From: Azolla caroliniana
Lineage: Eukaryota; Plantae; Polypodiophyta
Assembly: GCA_043228905.1 (NCBI GenBank)
Contig: JBHGNT010000001.1
Coordinates: 26,722,001 to 26,786,000, forward strand
Direction: 5' to 3'
DNA length: 64,000 nucleotides
Part shown: positions 24,220-37,098 of the stretch, piece by piece
Numbering within the stretch: the stretch's first letter is position 1
How the letters are laid out: every line of letters begins with the position of its first letter
Position numbers and translations under genes: made by a program
Notes under the pieces: model-generated
The model's database searches: none
The model's input: only the letters and a program-made list of their open reading frames with translations
What the model was told of the DNA's origin: nothing

Positions 24220-27200
24220 TGCAACCAAGCCACAAGCTCAAACTAGATATTTAACATCACCTCCCCGCATGAGAGCTTTTGTTGTTGAAAAACAAACTTA
24301 CAACGCATGATCCAGATGTGCCAGACCGATAAATATGCCACCATAAGCCAAATCTCCTAAAAAAATTTAGAATTTGTGCCATGTCTCACCCCATCACATT
24401 GGAGCACACTACCACCCTGCACTATAAATCCATGCCCTTGTGGGTTTAATTGTTCTCCCCAGCTTTCCCCTTTTAGAGACAGTCCTTGTATGGAGCCCCA
24501 CACAACGTTCCCATTCACACCACAGGCTGCCATGATTTGAAGGTTTCTACTCCAAATGTTAATCGCCTCTATAAACTTCCAAAAACAATGAGAAATTGAT
24601 TCCAAAGCATTTCCACATAACTTACAACCAACCTCTCCACCATGAGAACTCAACCACTCCCCTATAGGTACCTCCTTGTGGCTAGAAGCCACAACCAAGC
24701 CTTTATTTTTTATGACGTATCCAATGCCCATAGTCTCCTCCAAAACGACTTCAGATTGTCATCTGATATGCCTTTATCCTTCCAACTATTGCGGATCAAT
24801 GCAACACCCATCGCTTTGGAGCCAATGATTTGTCTTCCTAGCTTAGTATTGTACTCAAAAAACTTTTTTAAGTTTTTTGTTCTAGGTGTCTGTCACCATA
24901 CCTCCAATGGATCCCACTCCAAATCATATAAGGGCTTGTTGTTGAAAAGCCATATTTTACAATCCTGATCAAGTGTCTTAGGGTCTAGGTTCAATCGCCA
25001 CCTCCTACCCTCCAACACTGCCACCCGCATTGCCAACCACTTGCCATCATCTGTCAAAGAACTTAGGTTACCCCACAAATGCTCCTCGTTAGTTGAGCAC
25101 CTACCACAAATAAGTTGTGCATCACCCTCACCTACAAACCAGCCTGACCAAACTGCCTTTTCCGCGTTCAACTTACCTAATCCATCAACAACCTTATCTA
25201 TCAGCTGGGTCACCTTCGCTATTCTTCTAGTAAACCTATAACTAACAGCCCGACCCTCCCGCCTATGCATGTTGAAGACCTCCCAATCGTGTACCAACCT
25301 AATCTTGTACCTTAGCATCCTCCCCCAATGAAAGTACTTTTTCTATCCAAGCATCATACCGTCTTCACTTCTAATCCTAGGGTTCTAAAATAACGGTTGT
25401 CGTAGTCGTTCATCCAACGTTTTCGGTTGCATAAAGATCAACCCTTCTCTTAAACTTGACCATGCCTTCATTATGGCACAAACCACCCTATCCTCTGTGC
25501 TAGCCGGTTCTTTCAACTTTAGAGTTGGACTGAACAACCACCATGTATTTGCCTGTTAGGGACCACCATTTATGGGACACCAAAGGTTAACTCTGTTCCT
25601 AAGGAGCACCTTCCACAATTTTAGTTCGGGTTGCAGATTTCACACCAGAAGCTTACTAAGTAGAGCCTTATTTTGGTGAACTAGCCCAAGTCCTCCCTGA
25701 TTCTTCGCCTTAATTAAACAACCCCACGCCACTTTAGCTAACGCCATCTAATTGTCTCTACTCGACCAAAGGAACCCTCTCACCATCGCCTTAATATTTT
25801 TTATGTAGGCTTTGTCTAACATCCAACATGCCATCGAGTGCCACATGGTGGCCAACAAAATATGGTTCACCACAACCACCCTACCAGTAAGGAAAAACTT
25901 TACTGATGCCCACAACCGAAGCTTTTTTCTAATTTTTTCTTTCACCTACTCGAGTTGTTGATTTTAGGTGTCTCAACTCCCAAGAGAAAGCCCAAATACT
26001 TAACATCCATTCCAGTGGGGACCCATTGAAAATCAACGTTAGGACTAACAATGGGCCTAGTTCGGTTCGGTTTCTTGGCCTTGAAACCAAACCAAACCAT
26101 TTATTTATAATAAAAACCAAACCAAAATGTTTTAAATTTATGAAGCCATTTAAATTGAACCATTTAGAGCCGAACCGTTTATGAAAAATTTAGAACCAAA
26201 CCAAACCATTTTTTAGAGGTATTGATTATCATACATATTATGAATTTGTATGATAGAAACATTATAAATTTATGAATTTGTGTGATAAGTATTGGTCATC
26301 ATACTTATCATAAATTTGATAATCATAAATCAAATGGAGACTCTACATATAATGCATATAAAATTTAATAAGTTAGAGCCTAGAAGTTTAAAAATTAAAA
26401 GTTGAAAGTTAGAGCCTAGAGGTGAAAATTTAGGAATATTTTTTAACCTATAAACCTTTAAACCGAACCACATAAACCGAAACCGAAAAACCATGAAATT
26501 CAAAACCGAACCAAACTGAACCGAAACCGAAAAACCGCTAAACCATGAAAGTCAAAATTCAACCGAACCGAAACCAAACTGGATCATAACATTTGAAACC
26601 AAACCAAATGGTTTATTTATCTTTGAACCAATAAACCGTTAAGCCACGATTTAACGGTTTGGTTCGGTTTGAGCTGAAACCGAGCCCCATTGCTAGTTAG
26701 GACACCAGAGCGATCGTGGGTTTGAACTTACCCAAAATCCTCTACTTTTGTTCCAATTAATTTCCCCCCCTGACGCTTTGCAAAACAACTCAATCTGTCC
26801 CTCAGCCTTCTATAAATTAGCATCATTGCCTTGCAAGTAAAGCATAGTGTTAGAGTCCAGCAAATCCTTGTTCGTATGTGGAACAACTAAACCCCTTATT
26901 CCCGCATCTGATATGTTCAAAAAGAAAGAGAATGCCTCTGTAATAAATAAAAAAAGGTAGGGGGCCAGGGGGCACCCCTACCTAACAGACCCGTGTAATA
27001 GAATCGATGGGCCACGATGCCTTGTCACTAACACCCTACTCGATCTTCCTTTGCAAAGGGGCAACGGAACCGATCACCATTTTAAAGGTAATCCCAACCC
27101 CTCCATGACTTTGTCTAAAAAATGCCACTGAACTCTGTCATACGCCTTCTCAAAGTCTAGCATGAGACATGCAATGTGTTGGTTGGTTCTCTTTTCCAAG

Positions 27201-29272
27201 GCAATCGCCTCCCAAAATGTCAATACATTATCTGAAATTATGCATTTGTTTTCCATGAACCTTGTTTATCCAACATGGATTAGTTCATGCAGGTAGGGTT
27301 TTACCCTCTTGGTCAGTATATTGGCAAATATCTTATATATTGTGTTGAGCAACGTGATTGATCTCCATTGCCGTGCATCAATTATTACACCTTGTACCTT
27401 AGGAATTAGAAATATCTTCCCCTCTTGAAATTGCATAGGTAAGCACCCAACATCCCATGCCTCTTTTAGCCCATCAACCAAATCAACCTTGATCACATCC
27501 CAAAATTTTTCGAAAAAATCTCTTGATAATCCATCGGAGCCTAGATAGGACGTTTTGCAAATGCCTGCCAAAGCATCAACCACCTCCTCTTCTAAGGGAG
27601 GCCTCGAAAGATTAGCTTGTGCCGCATTTGAAATTCTGTGTTGCATTCCCTCTAGCACATGTATTCTATCAAAGTAGGTTGTTTGGGGATATTGTAGCTA
27701 TATGAAAGCAACTCATAATAGTGTGATGTGTCCGCCTCCAAGATCTCCAAAACATCCTCCAACATAGAGTCATCTTCCTTAACCAGCTTCGGATTGTAGC
27801 TATAATTTGTTCTAGGCTTGTTGTGCATGAAAAATTGTTTATTCACCTTATCCCCATTTTTGCTCCACCATGCCGCCTAACTCCTCAATAACATTGTATT
27901 TCTGGATGCAATCAAGCATTGTAACATTTCTCTGGCAACCTCAAGGCCTGCCCTGGACCATTGACATTGGGGATCTTTCTCTAATAGCCTTTGGGCAACT
28001 GTTATTGATCTCCTTAAACACATTTCTTCCTCCTTAGACCTTACAATTCTACTTTTAGTCGTCATGTGGAGATACGTTGAAGTTTCGATAATCTTCCTTC
28101 GAAGTTTATCAATTGTGCCACACCCAACCGAATTTCTTTCCCATATGCTCCTTATGTTCCTAGTCACCTCCGCATCCTCAAAAAGTTTTTGTTGATCCTC
28201 ATATTATAGTCCCTTGCTAGCCTCCTTTATGTTTCTAGCGTTATCTTAACCGGCATATGATATGAGTAGGCTAAACCTGCAATGATTTCAACATTGGTTC
28301 CAAAATTTTCTAGTTCCGAGGTGATGTATATTCTGTCTATGTGAGACATGCAAAAGTCATTCATACTGCAACTTGCTCTTGAAAAGGTTAGCGAACCCCG
28401 CTGCTTTTTTATTACATGCTAGGCATCTTTCACCCCCATTCGACCCATCAACAAATCCCATGCAACTAGCTTAGCCCCCTACATCACCATTTGCATGCCC
28501 CCCACCTTGTCATCATTGTACAAAGTCATGTTAAAATCCCCTGCAAGGATCCATGCATATGCAATCGGTAGGCCATCGACCAATTGCATCCAAAAAAGGG
28601 CCCGGTTCGTTGACGAATTGGGCGCATGCACGTTTATTATGCCGATTATGCATTGGTACCATTTGATAGTCACATAGATGGCATATCCCTCCACTATGGT
28701 GTCCTGTCCTTTCCTACCGTGCTCACCTTGAGTTGGGGACCAGAACATATGCCAATCCCCCTCAAGAAGATTGCCAATATTCAAGATCCTGTTCGCACTT
28801 AGATGGTGCTCTTGCAGCAACAAAATATCTTGGACCCCCTTGAAACTCAAAGATTTGAACTCCTGGCGGAAGTTCTTCCTCTGCAACATACATTTGCTAC
28901 CCCCTAGAGCTTGTATGTTCCATGTGAGTAATTTCATGAAAACATGAGTGCAGTCTCCCATGAAGGACATAACCCCTACCCGTGAGTCCACACCTAGTTG
29001 CCCTTACTGAGCCTCTCCCATCCCAACACAACATCCTGCCTCATTGCATCCTCCATTTCCTCCTCGTGGCAATGCAACATCTCATCTAGGGAGTTTACCC
29101 TCTCTTCTATGCATAGCAACAACAACTTTTTAATGCATGAATCATTGATCCTTCCACAAATCATTTTAGCATTCATCCACGTCACACTCCATTTATCCCC
29201 ATTCCAAGTGATGGGCACACTGTTAAAGTACTTGTGCGCCCGACTGGTTATGGAGCTCGAGATCCATTCCAT
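24220..29272 (-). mobile_element. Second decayed L1-clade LINE (different family): ORF2 plus the upstream end of ORF1
   Basis: MKLLTWNIQALG, LQEHHL and AGDFN (endonuclease); WRSITLLNTIYKI, LDFEKAYDRVQW and SVR*GCPLAPYLF (RT); CKLC..ESISHCFW zinc finger; many stops. Confidence 0.88.
26046..26695. mobile_element. hAT-type MITE (AACCG-rich) inserted in the LINE RT region
   Basis: TIRs TAACAATGGG / CCCATTGCTA; perfect 8-bp TSD GTTAGGAC (26038-26045, 26696-26703). Confidence 0.9.
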
Positions 29273-29274
29273 GT

Positions 29275-29426
29275 TATTCTTTTTATCTTAAATTTTTTTT
29301 AACATTATGGTTAATAATGAATCCAAAAGTATGGTATTTACCATACTTCGAGGGTGTTTACCATTCTTGAATGATTGAAAATACTCGAATGCGAATGCAC
29401 GTATGGTATGTATGGTTCATACTACG
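29275..29426 (+). mobile_element. Orphan 3' end of a hAT element of the same family as 38005-41194
   Basis: ATCCAAAAGTATGGTATTTA...GAATGCACG.ATGGTA.G.ATGGTTCATACTA(C)G is co-linear with 41088-41194, including the TIR. Confidence 0.8.
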
Positions 29427-30211
29427 GTACAAATATTGTTCCACTACCCAACTCATACCAAGTTTTGATTCTTTCTTCCACAATGTATATTTATGTGAGT
29501 GTGCTAATTGATCAAGTGATTTGTTTGTCCAAGGTAGTAATGGTAAAAAATAAGAAATCATTGGAATCATTATAGCTTGTACCACTTTGAGACAAGTACT
29601 AAACGACCATGCAAGATGGAAGTCTCATCTTCCATTCCGTGCAAAGGTGTTTCTTTGGCATGCGATAGTTGGTGGGTTGCCTTTGACGATGGCCTTAAAA
29701 CAAAGACATATTTCGAATGGGACATGTTTTTTCTGTATGGTGGTTGATGAAGATGCCAGACATAGGTTCATCACATGTCCGGTTGCTAAAGCCATTTGGG
29801 TGGTTATATCACAAATTTGGTCATTGATAACAAAAAATATTTTGTCACCTTTTAAGTGGTTTTTTATTGATGAGGATAATGTTATGCCCACACCATCATA
29901 TAAGGTCATGTTTGACTACCTTAGGTATTGGAGGCTCTGGTTTAATTGGACCATGAGAAATGGGTTCTTATTTGATGGACTTCATGGGGTAACAAAACAA
30001 CTCCGTAGGATGAAAGGGAAGTTGATTTGGCAATTTTCACAACTATGTTGTATGGGGACATTGTCTCAAGAGGAGATCGAGGTATGTCATCTACTTTTAC
30101 AACACTTGTGAGGGATTCCCTTGCAGTGACACTACTAATGAAGTAGTGAAGATAGCAAGGGTTGTATTATCATCTTGTTGTAATAACAAACATCGATTTA
30201 CGAAAAAAAAA
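29427..30211 (+). mobile_element. 5'-inverted, truncated L1 insertion: inverted piece about 29427-29612 (-), sense piece about 29613-30211 (+) ending in poly(A)
   Basis: The minus piece reads AWSFSTCLKVVQAIMIPMISYFLPLLPW (post-RT). The plus piece reads RWKSHLPFRAKVFLW...CFFC...HRFITC (zf-RVT), followed by A9 at 30203-30211. Confidence 0.75.
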
Positions 30212-30585
30212 GGAGCCAAATTATATGATCCTCTTATTTAATTCTTTTCTTCTTGGTTAAATGAGTTAAAGACAAATATTTAAGTGAAGCATGTCCCTTT
30301 TAATCAACTAAGTACTGACAACATATTTGAGAATTTAAATGTCTTAGTGTGTTTAAGTATTGCATCTCTTTAACCTTGATATTGAAGTATGCTAATCTCT
30401 ACTTAATTAAGTGTTACCTATATTTATCATATATTTGTTCTCCTAATTACTTGTTGGATACTAGAGTGTGTATAACAACATATTTGGAGTTACTTAACTA
30501 TCTTGGTGTCTACATTGTCTACGATGCCTAATGTGATTACCTCTCTCAACCATAACCCACGATCACACCTTTCCACCAACGTACT

Positions 30586-31009
30586 TGTTGAGAGATCAAG
30601 CTCAACTAGAGTTAGTTACTTAGTCAACCATGTAACTTCGTAGTTACGCAGATAGAATCTAGTTAAAAGTGTTGACTATAACGTCTTAAATAGGACCTTG
30701 TACTTAAGTAGGATATTCTAGATCCTCCACTCCCAAGGTCATTTAATATAGGACTTACACGGTTGTACCTATATTCTCCTCACAAATGTGCACCCTTGCA
30801 CATGAGATCTATATATAGCTCATTGATGGTATTTTTATATTTGATGATGATGATAATGCTAATTTAATATAGTTACTCATCCCCCATCTTGTGTTGTTCA
30901 TAAGTGTATCTTCCTCTCACACACATATCACTTAATCTTCCGCTTATCAACTAATCACATAATTAGGTACTAATTAACCCTTGCTTAATTACTTACCTAA
31001 TTCTTAACA
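30586..31009 (+). repeat. 5' LTR of the copia element
   Basis: Direct repeat of 34061-34484. Confidence 0.95.
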
Positions 31010-31180
31010 TAGTATCAAAAAGTGTGGTTTAGAAAATCCACTAAGCCCACCCGACTCCGTGATTGTGTGTCCGAGACGCTGATGACAAAATCCAACTATT
31101 GGCTACCGTAGTGCCGCTACGTAGCACGTGTACGTGATCGAAGGAAAAAAAGCAAAAGAAGAGAAGACACTACAATCAAC

Positions 31181-33990
31181 ATGAACACACAAATGGGTAG
31201 CTCGCTCCCTAGTGAAAAGCTAGACCGGAGCAATTATTCATCTTGGGAGTACAAGATGACCCAATACCTCGTTGGCCAAGGGTATTGGAGCTACATCAAC
31301 GACGCTCAAGAAAATTGACCCAACCCAAAGAACGCCGACTACTCAACATGGGAGCAAGCGGCGAGTTGAGTCATGTATTGCTTGGCAACATGTGTCCACG
31401 ACCATAGGCTTAGCCACATTCGAGACGCCAAGACACCAAGGCGCCCAAAGAGGCGTGGGAGAACTTAAAGAAAATGTTCGCCCCCAACACGACTGCCCAA
31501 AAGCTTCAACTCCGACAAGAGTTGAACAACATTCGGCAAAAAGACATGTCTGTGTCAAACTACACCGCCAAGATCAAGAGCATTTGCGACTCGCTTGGCT
31601 CCATCAAAATAAACGTCGACGGAGACGAGATGGTTCAAGTATGCTTGGGCGGCCTCGCACAACGATTCGATCCATTACGGACGGCAATCTTGGTGAGGGA
31701 AAATCCTCCTTCATTTTTTTACCTTCAATCAATGCTAATGGTTGAAGAGAACCACGTCCAAACCCAAACCAAGACATCAGAAGGAAAAATGTTCTTCTCG
31801 AGTTAGGATGGTGGCCGAGGACAAGGTCATGGCGGTAGAAGAGGCCAATTCAGCCCATCACAAGAAGGGAACTCAAACCTTCACGGAAGCCATCGAGGGA
31901 CTTTCAGAAGAAGGGGGAGCTTCCATGCCAAACAAGGTCGGCAAATGAGGCCCCCAACTTGCAACTATTGCGGAAAAATCAACCACCGCGAGGAGTGCCG
32001 AAAAAGAAGAAGTGAGTCGGCTTTGACAAGTCGACAACTCACGAATTACGCAACCAACTTTGAATACGACGACTACGACGGACTATTCGTAATGAGGCAT
32101 AGAGTGAACTCTATGTCGGCCTCCGACTCCGCAAGCACCTCCAATTCAGAAGACGTGTGGTTCGTTGATTCCGGCACCTCACATCACATGACATCCCACA
32201 AAGAGTGGTTCAATGAGTTGTGTACACCGGACCGACCCGGCTTCATAGAGACGGGAGACGACACCACACATCCCATTCGGCACATCGGCAATGTCCCATT
32301 TGGGAAAGAAGGCGAACAAACTTGCATCAAGAATGTCTTGCATGTGCCCACAATAACGAAGAATTTGGTCTCGGTCGGCCAAATTGTGGAGCAAGGCATG
32401 CAAGTCCGCTTTAACAATGAAGCTTGTTTTATCGAGAAAGATGGCCGACTCATAGCCAAGGGACGGAGAGACGGTCACATGTTCATCCTCGATTCAAACG
32501 AGGTGAAATTGGCCATGTATGCCAAAGGTCTCAAAACCAAGACAAGCATTGAGTTGTGGCACAAGAGAATCGGCCACATCAACCTCCAACGGCTCCGAGC
32601 GATGCAAACAAAGGGAGTCGACATCAGACTTCTGACATTCGAGTCAAAACGAGTCGACCGAGTATACGAAGCGTGTCAACTCGGCAAACAACATTGACTC
32701 CCATTCCTGAAAGAGAGCTACGTGAGCAAAGGCCTCCTCGACGTCATACATTCGGATGTATGGGGACTGGCTCAAACATCAACAATCGATGGATGTCGAT
32801 TCTACATCACCTTCATCGACGACTACTCGTGCTACGCATGGATCTTCCTAAAGAAGAAGAAGAGCGAAGTGCTCTCCCACTTCCAAAAGCTCAAGGGCCA
32901 AGTCAGAAAAGAAACCGGTCGGCACATTCGATGCCTATGATCGGATAGAGGAAAGGAGTACTTCTCCAATGAATTCACCTCCTACCTCCAAAGTGAAGGC
33001 ATTCAGAGAGAATTCTCGTGCCGACACACACCCCAACAAAATGGAGTAGCCGAAAGGAAGAATCAACAAATACTCGACGTAGCACGCGCCATGATGCATG
33101 AGAAGCACATGCCGAACTTCTATTGGGCCAAAGCGACATCCACGACCATCTATCTCATGAACCGGTGCACCACTAATGGAGTGCATGAGCTAAATCCATA
33201 CGAGCTCCTCGTCGGAAGGAAGCTGATCTTATCGCACATCAAGGTGTTCGGAAGCATTGCGAATGTACGCATCCCGAACAAACAACGACAGAAGCCCGAC
33301 GTGAAGTCGGAGGAATGTATCCTCATAGGATACTCTTCTGAGAAGAAAGCATACAAGTGCTACAACCCTTCTACCCGAGCGGTTCGGGTAAGTCGAGATG
33401 TAGTCTTCGATGAGTCCGCATCCTGGTACGCACTAGAGACAACTTCGACTCTGACTCCGCTCAACCCGGAATCCGCCGAACAAGAGGTAGAAGATGGAGA
33501 TCGCTTCGAACACATGTTCGAAGAAATTCCGATGACGGCAAGGCCTAGTGGGCCACAAGAGCCCCCACGCGACCCAACCACGTCACGGCCAAGTACAAAC
33601 TTGGTCAAAGGCAAAGGTAAGTTGCCCGAATATGAAGTCGATCACCCCGACAACAGTGATTCGGATGTGTCGGCTCCCTCACTAGAGAGTGAGTTTGGTG
33701 TACCCATCATGTAGACACCCAGAGTAAAGAAGGCGCTCACATTGGCGAGTGAAAAACTTCGACGCTCTTCTAAAGAGAAGAACCACGTCACTTGGCTCGG
33801 CTACAACGAGTACATGGCCCATCACTATGCCTTCGCGCTGAAGGTAGCGGCCGAACAAGAGCCGAAAAGCTCCACTGAAGCGGCTCGTAACCCACAATTG
33901 GTGGAAGTAGTCAACCTTTGCCCACACACTACAAGCCTTCGTCACATGCTAGAGGGGGAGGAACCAAAACTGCCACGACGCAGAAGCTGA
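31181..33990 (+). pseudogene. Copia gag-protease-integrase polyprotein with stops and frameshifts; no RT or RNaseH
   Basis: EKLDRSNYSSWEYKM (gag N-terminus); CNYCGKINH knuckle; WFVDSG protease; LWHKRIGH GAG-pre-integrase; IHSDVWG, FIDDYS, SDRGKEY and PQQNGVAER integrase; SRDVVFDE. Similarity ends just after EPKSSTEAA. Confidence 0.9.
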
Positions 33991-34060
33991 CATCGAAAGC
34001 TGGACAACACCGAAAGCAAAACCGGATGTCGGACGCCTCACACTTGAGCTTGAGGGGGCG

Positions 34061-34484
34061 TGTTGAGAGATTAAGCTCAACTAGAGTTAGTTACTTAGTC
34101 AACCATGTAACTTCGTAGTTACGTAGATAGAATCTAGTTAGAAGTGTTGACAATAACGCCTTAAATAGGACCTTGTACTTAAGTAGGATATTCTAGATCC
34201 TCCACTTCCAAGGTCATTTAATATAGGATTTACACGGTTGTACCTATATTCTCCTCACAAATGTGCTCCCTTGCACATGAGATCTATATATAGCTCATTG
34301 ATGGTATTTTTGTATTTGATGATGATGATAATGCTAATTTAATATAGTTACTCATCCCCCATCTTGTGTTGTTCATAAGTGTATCTTCCTCTCACACACA
34401 TATCACTTAATCTTCCGCTTATCAACTAATCACATAATTAGGTACTAATTAACCCTTGCTTAATTACTTACCTAATTCTTAACA
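34061..34484 (+). repeat. 3' LTR of the copia element
   Basis: Direct repeat of 30586-31009, preceded by the PPT. Confidence 0.95.
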
Positions 34485-34489
34485 ATACT

Positions 34490-36400
34490 CAATGCGCATT
34501 TATGACAACAATCTTGCGCCAAATCACAACTAGTGAGTGTGCTAACAAACATATAACTTGTTACATTTCTTGTCCAACATAATGGGCGTGTCACAAAGAC
34601 CGCAAACAAAACAAGTCAACAATATGCACTAGACTACAACAATGGTGGATCGTGGGTCACAAACAACTCATCAATAATGTTTTCGGATATATGAACCGTT
34701 TTAGTGACCTTCCCAATACCACATAGTTTTGACTTGACCCTACTAGCAAATACCATGGTCACTAGCACAAACCAATTCATAGCCCATGCTTAGAGGAGGA
34801 AGTCATGATGTGCAACTACCCCAAATTTCGCTAGGATGATGCTGAATGGTTCTTGAAGCATACATTGCAACTTGGAAAGTTAACTATCACTCTCAATATC
34901 TCAACCTTGAGGACACTAATGCCTTGCAACTTGTTGAATTTGGCCTTTCCCCAATGCCCGAGTTGTGAGTTGATATGGACAACCACCTTCACTTGTTTGG
35001 TGAGGTGCAACTTGTCTTTCTATGAATGTTTCAGTATCTCACGCTTGTTTCGGCCATGATACAATCTTTCACCTCTTTGACCCCCAAATGAAATAAATGA
35101 TTAAGCTGATATCTCAATCTTTTCTTTCCTTGCCAACATAATAATCGACAAGTCTACACAAGCAACTACTTTTGCAAGGAATTAGAATGTTCTTTACCAT
35201 ATGATAGTGCTCATAAAAATGAGGGCACTTTGTGCCATGAGACAACCGAGTTTTTTGCACACAAAGAACGAGTAATTTTAAGTATAACACTTTCATTAGG
35301 TAACTACCACTAAGATGCTTTAATCGTTGTGCTCCCATGTGTTGTTACACCTTCCTTCTTAATGAAATATTGTATACCATCATAGGTGTAGATAAGTCCA
35401 ATACTACATATTCTCCCAAGGGATTAGAGGTTGTTAGAAGGTTCATACAAACGATGTAATCTCCATCTTATCCCTCTTTCTCCACAATAACTATCGAAGA
35501 GGTTACAAAATGGAATGAAATGTTGTTAAGTAATCTCATATGTAGAATGACCCATGAAGATACATTGGCATGGGTGCTACCATAAGGGCAAGATTAGGAA
35601 AAAGGGGAATCGTTAGATTCTAACTAATTAATTAAGCAGAACATAAGGAATTATAGACCAAAAAAGAAAGAGGGGTGTCAAACCACCCAACCACCATGTA
35701 GCAATGGCATGAGATGAACTCGAACCTCATGGATCTCCTATACCATCGAAGGTTGATGTGAGTCATACCTTGTGTTCTACAAGGATCACGAGAGCTTAAC
35801 CAACAAGAGCCATAACCACATTGTCATAGTCTGAACATAAGTTGGCCTCCCTCATAAGAATGTAGCTACCCTAGGCCCTAGTGTTTTCACACTTGACTAT
35901 TTTATGTGAAGTGGTAAAGTGATAACACACTTAATAGTTATCCCACACTGTAGAATTGAATATTACAATTCATACCCTCATTCCTTTTAGAATTAACCTG
36001 CATGTACTCATCATAAGATAAGGGAAAAGTACGGAAAAGCTATCTCATAATCAATAATGATTATGCACATAACATACTCTCCCATTTTAAAAGATTGCAC
36101 TCTTGCAGTGACTATTTGAGGGAAGTTTGTTTGATATGGTTTGCAACCTAAAAGATTGATCAATTAGGCAAATAAACCAATATGTTTGAGAACAATGAAA
36201 GGTCTACAAACTTGTGGGGCTAATTTACTGCACTTACTCATAGACAAAGTCTTAAGAGTTGAAAATATTAATACCATTTGTGTAGGGTTAAATACAAGAG
36301 GTTCCCAAATTATGCTTGTTGGCATTAAATCATGATATGTATTGAGCAATAGTAACTTGTCTAGTGCAATATGAAACATATGTTTGCATATCCCTTAGAT
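34490..36400 (-). mobile_element. Highly degraded Ty3/gypsy internal remnants
   Basis: KCSKLAPQVCRPFIVLKHIG (about 36180-36240) resembles the gypsy integrase C-terminal KLAPRFxGPFxIxxxIG motif. The rest is very decayed. Confidence 0.35.
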
Positions 36401-37080
36401 AGTTTATATAATGTATAACTAATGTAAATGAGTATTAATATTGATGGAGGCTCGTGGCTAAAATAATATATCCAATTGATCGTGAATAGAGAAAATTTGT
36501 TCCCTTTAGGTGAAATGGCGACCCCAAATGAAAGGGGACAAACCCTATGTAAATTTTAAAGCTATAGAAGTCACTTTTGTGACTTTTTAGCTATTTCTTT
36601 AATCTCTAGTCTTCATAGACTATGCTTCATCTCTCTCTTTCTCCTGTGCCCTTATACATTCTTATGAGTTTAACGATTATGGTTAAGTGCTAATTTAGCC
36701 AAACTTTAATCAATCCCTCTTTTTGTATGTGTTATGTGACATTCTTAATCTGAAATGAGTTGTGGTTAATGATATCATTTGTTATTTGACACTTCCATAT
36801 TTGTATGTATTTAACACTTCAGACATTTGTAAGGCTTTAGTTAACATTTTGATTAAGGATTTTCTAAGTGAAGTGGGCACGAGAGTTGACAAGATCGGGG
36901 TAGACATTGCTAGTAGTTGAAGAACGATTAACCTTCCTTGCATGTTTGCCACTATTAGGGTATAGGATGGTGGTCCGAACCCATCAAGCATAGATTTCGA
37001 TGAGATGAGATGAGAAGACCTCTCACGTAACATATAAACATGCCCTTGTTGTGAGACACCTTGAGGGAATGTATCTATTT

Positions 37081-37098
37081 TGGCGCCTTTATCGGGGG
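37081..37098 (+). other. Athila/Tat-like primer-binding-site remnant
   Basis: TGGCGCCTTTATCGGGGG resembles the TGGCGCCGTTG(T/C)CGGGGA tRNA-Asp PBS, with LTR-like AT-rich sequence upstream. Confidence 0.35.

Larger units (their letters stand above)
30586..34484 (+). mobile_element. Ty1/copia LTR retrotransposon, 3.9 kb, lacking RT and RNaseH
   Basis: 424-bp LTRs TG..CA (30586-31009, 34061-34484) with about 9 mismatches by eye; TSD GTACT/ATACT; degenerate PBS TAGTATCA at 31010; PPT GAGGGGGCG at 34052-34060. Confidence 0.95.
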
